Sequence record: SRR22947725_833
Strand: one strand, 5' to 3'
DNA: 42,272 nucleotides
Shown here: positions 36,017-42,272 of the stretch, in pieces
Numbering within the stretch: position 1 is the stretch's first letter
How the letters are laid out: each line of letters opens with the position of its first letter
Position numbers and translations under genes: made by a program
Notes under the pieces: generated by a model
What the model saw: the letters and a program-made list of their open reading frames with translations, nothing else
Databases searched by the model: none
What the model was told of the DNA's origin: nothing

Positions 36017-37794
36017 TATTGTATTTCCATTTCTGATAACTGCTCCACCATTTCTTTGTCATAAATAACACTAAGTCTATCTAAATAATTACCTTTCAAT
36101 ATCCTCTTTTGAGAACTTTTATCAAACAAAAGCCAGTGACCTAATCCAAAAATTGGTTCATTACTGAAAACCTTATTTTCGATTCGATCCGAAAAAGTTT
36201 TATCCGGTGACATAAAACCTATAAACTCATCTTTCGACCATCCCACCAGTTTTCCATAAAGAGCAAATCGTTTTAATCTTTCCTCAAAATCTATTGAAGA
36301 TGTAAAAGCATTTGTCCAAAGAGAAGGCAACGTAGTTTTAGATATAATGATGAGATTACTGAAAGCTGTATGCCCATAAAAATATTTTCCGATTGAACTA
36401 TATGAAGCATCCCTGGTAATCTCATTAGTAGCTTTCTCATATTGAGGTTTGATCTCAGTAGTGAACTTTTCAAAAGATACTTTTGATCCTTGAGCAACAA
36501 ATATCCCTAAAAATAATATTAAAATTGGAAGATAAATAATGCTTGCCTTCCCAATTAAGAAATGGAGTATCGTTCTTGCTAACACCACTCCCTTTTTTGA
36601 TTCTATACCTTGAGAATATTTTACTGGTACGCGTTGTAAAAAATAGACTGGTGGAATGTAGTAACTTATATGTAAGAAAAATAACCCCAGTCTGGATACT
36701 AACATCTCAGTAGGAACACCAAAGCCGAATACCTGCCAACTGATTATTAAAAATAATTCAACCAACATTGTTACCCAAATTGGTGTAAAGCGATACCATA
36801 ACTCCACTTTATCTATTCGAAACGCTATGTAACAAATCACAGTCATGAAAACTGGTATTATGAAGTACGCAGTAAGAGTAAACCAATCGAAACTTAAATT
36901 AGAATTAGGTTGCGTCTGTATGCTAGTAAATGTTGATGATAATAAAGAAAGCATTACTGGAGCGGATAACAAATAAAGTACTAGTAAATTCTGAATAATA
37001 AATTTAGCCGAAGTATGACGCTGACTATGCCCCAACCTTCGCCAATAACATATCAAAAGAACCATAGTCCAAAAGGGAACACCAAAGAGTAAATTCAAAA
37101 TATGAACCTGCGCCTGAAGTCCCCACAGCACTGATAAAATTAAATGCCCTGAAGAAGTCGAATTTTCTCGTCCAAGTGATTTGTAAAAAAGGTACAAAAA
37201 GCACAGTAATGACAAAGTAGGGAATGGAAAACTAGTTATACTAAGACTTAATTCATTGGCTACTTCAATTCGATTTTGAGTAAATATTGATAAAAATGTA
37301 TTTACTAAAAATTCTCTAAAAGGATAATTATCAATAGCAATAATACCAAGAAACCCCATAAAAATGGACCATCTTAGCGGAAGGTAGGTATTAAAGATTC
37401 TTACCATTAAATAATAACAGAATGTCGGTATAACTGTTAAAACTATTAAATAGCTTGCTTTTAACCCTAGAACCCCAATCACTAAGGATGAAACCCATAA
37501 TGACAAATATGGGATTAGAACGGATAAAGATAAAGGTTTAAAAATATCCGAAGAGTTTAAAAAAATATCTCCACTATTAATTAAGAAGATTAATTTTTGC
37601 CAAGTAACAAAATTACTTATATCAGCAATACTTGTCTTATGGAGACCAAGAAATTCGGCATCAATTGACCAAATAACACGTGCATCCCAAGCTGAAATAA
37701 GAAGAATTACAAATACACATGAAATGAAAATAGCTAAGTTTTTAATTGTAAATTTTTTATTACCTATTTTTAATTCGTAGTTTTCAAAATCCAT
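36016..37794 (-). CDS. Polytopic membrane protein, candidate GT-C transferase, polymerase or ligase
   Basis: 592 aa with many hydrophobic segments and a soluble C-terminal domain. Directly downstream of the GtrB-like GT2. Confidence 0.5.
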   Translation of the reverse strand: MDFENYELKIGNKKFTIKNLAIFISCVFVILLISAWDARVIWSIDAEFLGLHKTSIADISNFVTWQKLIFLINSGDIFLNSSDIFKPLSLSVLIPYLSLWVSSLVIGVLGLKASYLIVLTVIPTFCYYLMVRIFNTYLPLRWSIFMGFLGIIAIDNYPFREFLVNTFLSIFTQNRIEVANELSLSITSFPFPTLSLLCFLYLFYKSLGRENSTSSGHLILSVLWGLQAQVHILNLLFGVPFWTMVLLICYWRRLGHSQRHTSAKFIIQNLLVLYLLSAPVMLSLLSSTFTSIQTQPNSNLSFDWFTLTAYFIIPVFMTVICYIAFRIDKVELWYRFTPIWVTMLVELFLIISWQVFGFGVPTEMLVSRLGLFFLHISYYIPPVYFLQRVPVKYSQGIESKKGVVLARTILHFLIGKASIIYLPILILFLGIFVAQGSKVSFEKFTTEIKPQYEKATNEITRDASYSSIGKYFYGHTAFSNLIIISKTTLPSLWTNAFTSSIDFEERLKRFALYGKLVGWSKDEFIGFMSPDKTFSDRIENKVFSNEPIFGLGHWLLFDKSSQKRILKGNYLDRLSVIYDKEMVEQLSEMEIQ

Positions 37795-37857
37795 TTGTCA
37801 ACAATCTCTAATTTTAAACCATTATAATTTATCACTCTCTATCTGCTAGAAGCGGAT

Positions 37858-38604
37858 TCAAATCAATGTTTTTCTAATCTTCCGCAACTCTAATGAAAAG
37901 AGGATAGTACGGTAAGACAGCTTTAGCTTTGATAAAAAGTGATCATTATGACCAATGCCATAATTTCGTATACCAAAATATACAGGAAAACGTACCACTG
38001 ACAGCTTTAGTTTTTTTGCCATATAAAATGCGTAAAGGTCCAAAGAAAAATCTTTGGGTGGGTTTCCCCATTTTGTTAAAATATCTCTATGGAATATGTT
38101 AGGTTGTGAATTAATATCTGACATCCAAACACCTAACAAACCTACCTCAATTACTGTCATAGCGTATGAAAAAATAACATCTTTGAATTTACGGCCGATT
38201 CTTTTTGCCTTAACATAGCTTCGGCAAGGAGACTTTTGTTCTCGTAACAAATTAATACATTCTAAAAATACAATTGGATCAGTCTGTAAATCAGCATGGC
38301 ACCAACCCACAAAACAACCTCTAGCAGCATTAAGCCCACTTAATATTCCATGACCATAGCCTTGGTTTTTAGTAAGTGTGACACATTTCAATCTATCTGT
38401 GTTACTAGTAATTAAAATCTTATCGAGAGCACTATCAGATCCGTCAGTAGACCCATTGTTTACTAATATAACCTCTATGTCATCCCTTTTCTCTAACAGG
38501 GACATACAACTTTTCCAAAGTCTTTCTAGGTTCTCTATTTCATTATAACATGGTATGATTAAGGAGTATTCAACTTTACTTTCTAGCCGGACTGTTTCAG
38601 TCAT
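37858..38604 (-). CDS. GT2 polyprenyl-phosphate glycosyltransferase (DPM synthase/GtrB-like)
   Basis: LIIPCYNE, VNNGSTDGS, NQGYGHGILSG, HADLQTDP, DINSQP, DFSLD and FPVYFGIR. Confidence 0.88.
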   Translation of the reverse strand: MTETVRLESKVEYSLIIPCYNEIENLERLWKSCMSLLEKRDDIEVILVNNGSTDGSDSALDKILITSNTDRLKCVTLTKNQGYGHGILSGLNAARGCFVGWCHADLQTDPIVFLECINLLREQKSPCRSYVKAKRIGRKFKDVIFSYAMTVIEVGLLGVWMSDINSQPNIFHRDILTKWGNPPKDFSLDLYAFYMAKKLKLSVVRFPVYFGIRNYGIGHNDHFLSKLKLSYRTILFSLELRKIRKTLI

Positions 38605-39680
38605 CTTAACTCTACTAACGTCTTTATATTTTTGAACTCAGAGATTCTGTTCTTATGATCATTCATTTTCAAGAGTGTTTCACCAACTTCAGAAATTTTG
38701 ATTCTATTAGAAATTAGTTTTGATGGGCTGAAACCTTTAGACATAAGATCTAATGTGGCAGTCCAATCACATGATGAATTAATTTTATAATCAGAGTTCC
38801 AACTACCTAAAATTCGTAGCTCTTTACGTAAAATACTACTCACAAGAGATTTAGGAATACTGAGGTCAGCAGAGATATTTCCTATCCAAACAATGGTACC
38901 ATTCGCTTTACACAATTGAATTGAGTTAACAAATGTCTCCGGAGCACCAACAAACTCTAGGACACAATCAAAACTTGATTTCATCTTATCACAGAAAAGT
39001 TCCATTTCTTCACTAGACGGAATTGTTTCCGCTTCAGCACCTAAACTTCTTGCTTCCTCAGTTTTATAATTATTCCTATCGAGCACGGTAATCTTACAAT
39101 TTTGATAATTTTTTTTGAGTAAATTAATACATAATAAGCCTAGGAATCCTGCACCTAATATACAAATATTTAATGATACATCCCTACTTAACTCAAGTTT
39201 TTTTATTGCGTGCAGTACTACCGCCGAGGGCTCTAGTAACGCGGCATCCTCCAGACTGACATTGTCTGGTATCTTCAAGAGGTTCCACGTATTGACATTC
39301 AAGTAAGATGACATTCCTCCATTTGTTCTAGAACCATAATAGCTATAAGATTTGCAAAGGGCAAATTTCTTACGATCACAGCTTTCACACGCAAAACAAG
39401 GAAGCAATGGGAAAACAGCAACCCTATCTCCTATTTTGAAGTTTAACCGACCCTTATCTTCTACTCTGGAAATTATCCCACTCATCTCATGGCCAATAAC
39501 CAACGGATAGGTATAAGCACCAAACCTGCAGGTTCGCTCAATATCAGATGCACAAATTCCAACTTTGTGCATAGCTATTTCTACCTGATCTCCAATTGGG
39601 ACTGTACGGTTTTGCTGAAGTACTTCGAAACATGCATTTTTTTTTAGACTTAAATATTTCCCTTTGACTTCTTTGTTCAT
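38601..39680 (-). CDS. Zn-dependent galactitol-1-phosphate 5-dehydrogenase-like protein
   Basis: GICASD, GHEMSG, VFPLLPCFACESC...C, YGSRTNGG, EPSAV, GAGFLG and ILRKELRILGSWNS. ATG at 39680 has a GGAG RBS. Confidence 0.9.
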   Translation of the reverse strand: MNKEVKGKYLSLKKNACFEVLQQNRTVPIGDQVEIAMHKVGICASDIERTCRFGAYTYPLVIGHEMSGIISRVEDKGRLNFKIGDRVAVFPLLPCFACESCDRKKFALCKSYSYYGSRTNGGMSSYLNVNTWNLLKIPDNVSLEDAALLEPSAVVLHAIKKLELSRDVSLNICILGAGFLGLLCINLLKKNYQNCKITVLDRNNYKTEEARSLGAEAETIPSSEEMELFCDKMKSSFDCVLEFVGAPETFVNSIQLCKANGTIVWIGNISADLSIPKSLVSSILRKELRILGSWNSDYKINSSCDWTATLDLMSKGFSPSKLISNRIKISEVGETLLKMNDHKNRISEFKNIKTLVELR

Positions 39681-39896
39681 GAGTTTCTCCGTTAGGACTA
39701 TAATAAATACATGTCTTTTCTCCCTAAAGCATACCTCATCTGTATACAAAAAAAAAACTAATATAAACTAAACTTTACTTAATTAAAAATAAGAAGCTAT
39801 ATAAACATTTTTAAACAACTCTTTTAAATGGTTAATAGAAAATTATATGTGACCTTTTTTGATTAACTTTGGTAAATAATTAGAAAGATCTTCGGT

Positions 39897-40307
39897 GTGC
39901 GTATCAAAAAAATTAATTCCTCACTATTAAAGTTATTTAATCAATTAGCTAAATTTACAATAGTTGGCTTTTTTGGGATATTTATAAATTATTTAATATT
40001 TATAATTTTTTTAATTGTCCTTGATGTTAATTACTTGATTTCTGGGTTTTTAGGGTATTTAGTACCAGCTATACCAGTATTTTTGATAAATCGCTATTGG
40101 ACATTTAAATCAAATATTTCAATATCTAAAGGTGTCGCAGTATATTTTTTAATAGATGGAATGAAAGTATGTTTACATGCCGTAGTACAACTCTTATCAA
40201 CGGAATTATTTTTAGTGCCAGAGTTATATTCTCAGGGAATAGGTATTTGTTTTGCAACAGTATTAGGTTTTATTCTTGTAAGAATGTTAATGACTAGTAA
40301 ATTATAG
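39897..40307 (+). CDS. GtrA-family small membrane flippase
   Basis: 136 aa with about 4 TM segments, QLAKFTIVG and FLINRYWTFKS. Confidence 0.85.
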   Translation: MRIKKINSSLLKLFNQLAKFTIVGFFGIFINYLIFIIFLIVLDVNYLISGFLGYLVPAIPVFLINRYWTFKSNISISKGVAVYFLIDGMKVCLHAVVQLLSTELFLVPELYSQGIGICFATVLGFILVRMLMTSKL

Positions 40308-40322
40308 CTCAAATATTTTTTA

Positions 40323-40667
40323 ATGAAAAAAATTTTTAGATATACAGAAAAAAAACTCCTTATCTCATGTTACAGTGATGAATTAGAACAAATCTGTAAA
40401 AATAAACTCATAGCTGTAAAAGTAATTGAAAACTTTTATACTTCTTATAGTAACTTTAATGTATACCTAAAAATATTAATAGTTTTTCATTTAGTTTTAC
40501 TATTTTTTATTAATTTTGTAATTTTTACTGGGTTACTTTTTCTAAAATATAATAATTTTAATATTATATTTAAATTAGTACAAAAAATTCCTTTTATAAA
40601 AAATATTCATAACTTTATAATAGCAAATTTACTATTGCATTTTGAAAGGAGTGATAATGTACATTGA
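40323..40667 (+). CDS. Hypothetical protein coupled to the GMC oxidoreductase
   Basis: 114 aa ORF in extremely AT-rich DNA, with one hydrophobic stretch. It overlaps the start of the GMC gene. Confidence 0.6.
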   Translation: MKKIFRYTEKKLLISCYSDELEQICKNKLIAVKVIENFYTSYSNFNVYLKILIVFHLVLLFFINFVIFTGLLFLKYNNFNIIFKLVQKIPFIKNIHNFIIANLLLHFERSDNVH

Positions 40668-42132
40668 CTTAGACACTTTTGAAAAAGATATCATTACCGA
40701 AGAAAATGTTATTATAGGTTCAGGAGCGGGAGGTGCCACCACCTCATTTGAACTAGCCAAAAAAGGTAAAAAATCTATAATTCTAGAAGGAGGCCCTTTT
40801 CCGTCCTCGACACCTGAAAGAGTGGGTAGTTCAATTTCAAAACTTTATAAGAATAATGGTGCAACCCCTATGTTATCCAGTAATGGAGGGCCTGTCATAG
40901 GATATGGGCAAGGTAGCTGTGTAGGGGGTTCCACTTTTATTAATGCCGGTTATTTTTCTTCTACTCCAGAATGGGTTTTTGAAGAATGGTGCAAAAAAAA
41001 TAGAACAGAAATAGACTTTAAAACCTATAAAGCATATAGTGATGAGATTAGGAGTGAAATAAGTATATCTAAAGAAAAATTAACCTCAAGAGATAAGGAT
41101 TCGAAGAAACTTCTTGACGGTGCTAATAAATTAAATTGGAAAATCGAAAGATGTGAAAGGTTTCTAAAAAACTGTAATAGAAACAACATGTGTCCGGTTG
41201 GATGTCCAAGTGAGTCCAAACAAAGCATGAATGTGACATACTTAAAAGAATTGATAGCAAACGGGATTGATGTGTTTTTCAACTCTGAAGTTATAAAAAT
41301 AGATGTTAGAAATAGTAAGGCATCATCTCTTCTAATGATTAATAATAATAAAAAATTAATTCGAGTAAATTTTAAGAATTTATTTATTTGTGGAGGCCCA
41401 ATAAGTACACCACATTTAGTATTAAAAAATCGATTAGCAGATTTTAAAAAAAATCATAATGATTTCGAATTTCATATAAATTTTAGAACCGTTGCTAAAT
41501 TCAAAAATGAAATGATAGAGTCTAATTTATCTACAGTTAGTATTTTCTTTATGCGAGAGTTTGAAAAAGAAGGAGCTTTGCTTTCAGCAGCAAACTCAGA
41601 CATCCCTTACTTATTAGCCACACTAAGCCACTTCAACAACACTCTCAAAAAAGATGTGTATAACAACTTTAATAACTTTGCGCTCTACATATATCAGATC
41701 AAAGCTTCATCAAAAGGCCAAGTTAAAAGCATTTTTGGGAATCAGTACATATCATATGCATTTGAAAAAAATGACGTCAAACAAATTCAAAAAGCAATAC
41801 TAAGAATTTCAGAACTTTTTTTTATGGCTGATGCTGAGTATTTATTATTTCCAATTCAGGGTTCAAAAAAAATCAAATCTATGATAGACGCCAAAGAGTT
41901 AGCAGATAGCTTCTCTGTAAAAGATCTCCATCTGATATCTGTACATGGGATGAGCAGCTTAAGGTCTGGATCAGAAAATGAACAAAAAACAGATTATTTT
42001 GGTAAGTTAAAGAACTTTGAGAATATCTTTATTAATGATGCTAGCATAGTGCCAGGAAACACTGGTGAAAGCCCTCAATCGACCGTTATGAGTTTTGTAA
42101 AACACAATGTGAAAAACAATGTACTACTATAA
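40657..42132 (+). CDS. GMC-family FAD oxidoreductase (long-chain alcohol oxidase-like)
   Basis: IIGSGAGG, LEGG, GSCVGGSTFINAG, CNRNNMCPVGCP, SVHGMSS and DASIVP..GESPQ. ATG at 40657 follows AAGGAG (the ORF track start is 40642). Confidence 0.9.
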   Translation: MYIDLDTFEKDIITEENVIIGSGAGGATTSFELAKKGKKSIILEGGPFPSSTPERVGSSISKLYKNNGATPMLSSNGGPVIGYGQGSCVGGSTFINAGYFSSTPEWVFEEWCKKNRTEIDFKTYKAYSDEIRSEISISKEKLTSRDKDSKKLLDGANKLNWKIERCERFLKNCNRNNMCPVGCPSESKQSMNVTYLKELIANGIDVFFNSEVIKIDVRNSKASSLLMINNNKKLIRVNFKNLFICGGPISTPHLVLKNRLADFKKNHNDFEFHINFRTVAKFKNEMIESNLSTVSIFFMREFEKEGALLSAANSDIPYLLATLSHFNNTLKKDVYNNFNNFALYIYQIKASSKGQVKSIFGNQYISYAFEKNDVKQIQKAILRISELFFMADAEYLLFPIQGSKKIKSMIDAKELADSFSVKDLHLISVHGMSSLRSGSENEQKTDYFGKLKNFENIFINDASIVPGNTGESPQSTVMSFVKHNVKNNVLL

Positions 42133-42244
42133 AAAAGCTATTTGTGTTAAGATTAAACACCAAATTTATAATTATAAGTATAAAATTTATTTTATTAGCA
42201 GAAACAGCCTAATGTAAAAAAGTTATCAGTTTGAGTTGGAAATT

Positions 42245-42272
42245 TGGTAGCGGAGGAGGGACTTGAACCCCC
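42245..42272 (-). tRNA. tRNA 3' part (T-arm, acceptor strand, CCA), probably elongator tRNA-Met; truncated by the window edge
   Basis: Reverse complement GGGGG-TTCAAGT-CCCTC-CTCCGCT-A-CCA. The anticodon is outside the window. Identity rests on recalled similarity to alphaproteobacterial tRNA-Met. Confidence 0.85.

Noticed and set aside
3732-41282. Numerous short ORFs in the track antisense to or nested in long genes (for example 3732-3968, 4561-4824, 14457-14840, 20986-21312, 30364-30756, 36291-36500, 41025-41282)
   Set aside because: They overlap well-supported genes, show no recognisable motifs and are expected shadow ORFs.
1-42272. CRISPR array, prophage, defence system, rRNA or intact transposase
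   Set aside because: No regularly spaced repeats or diagnostic genes were seen. Nearly all sequence is explained by glycan biosynthesis ORFs.

Overview
The window is almost entirely one large, AT-rich surface-glycan (O-antigen, capsule or protein glycosylation) biosynthesis island. It lies directly downstream of a minus-strand tRNA (probably tRNA-Met, 3' part only) at the right edge and runs off the left edge inside a GT2 glycosyltransferase gene. Most genes are tightly packed on the minus strand. Four modules are visible in transcription order. (1) 29274-42132: a possible rare ketose/alditol-phosphate donor pathway (EryC-like and Rpe-like 3-epimerases, two Zn-dependent polyol dehydrogenases, a tandem two-domain nucleotidyltransferase, a GDPD-like protein), with a GtrB-like GT2, a polytopic membrane protein, GtrA and a GMC oxidase. 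(2) 15208-29157: an ABC flippase plus a modified pseudaminic acid pathway (pseB, RmlD-PseC fusion, two GNATs, aldo-keto reductase, cytidylyltransferase-class III aminotransferase fusion, pseI; no recognisable pseG). (3) 8752-15142: an ACP-dependent acyl-tailoring module (DmpG-like aldolase, AMP ligase, VOC, cyclase, ACP, AAC(3), DUF4910). (4) 1-8564: a second ulosonic-acid module with a KdsA paralogue carrying an altered substrate motif (KDCRS), a stand-alone CBS pair, HpcH aldolase, two SDRs, a KdsB-like enzyme and candidate transferases. An inverted KdsC-like gene sits between two intergenic gaps that contain degenerate IS3-family relics. All family calls come from motif recognition by eye, no searches were run, and the product structures are inferences. 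The host is probably an alphaproteobacterium (weak inference from the tRNA and IS relic sequences).
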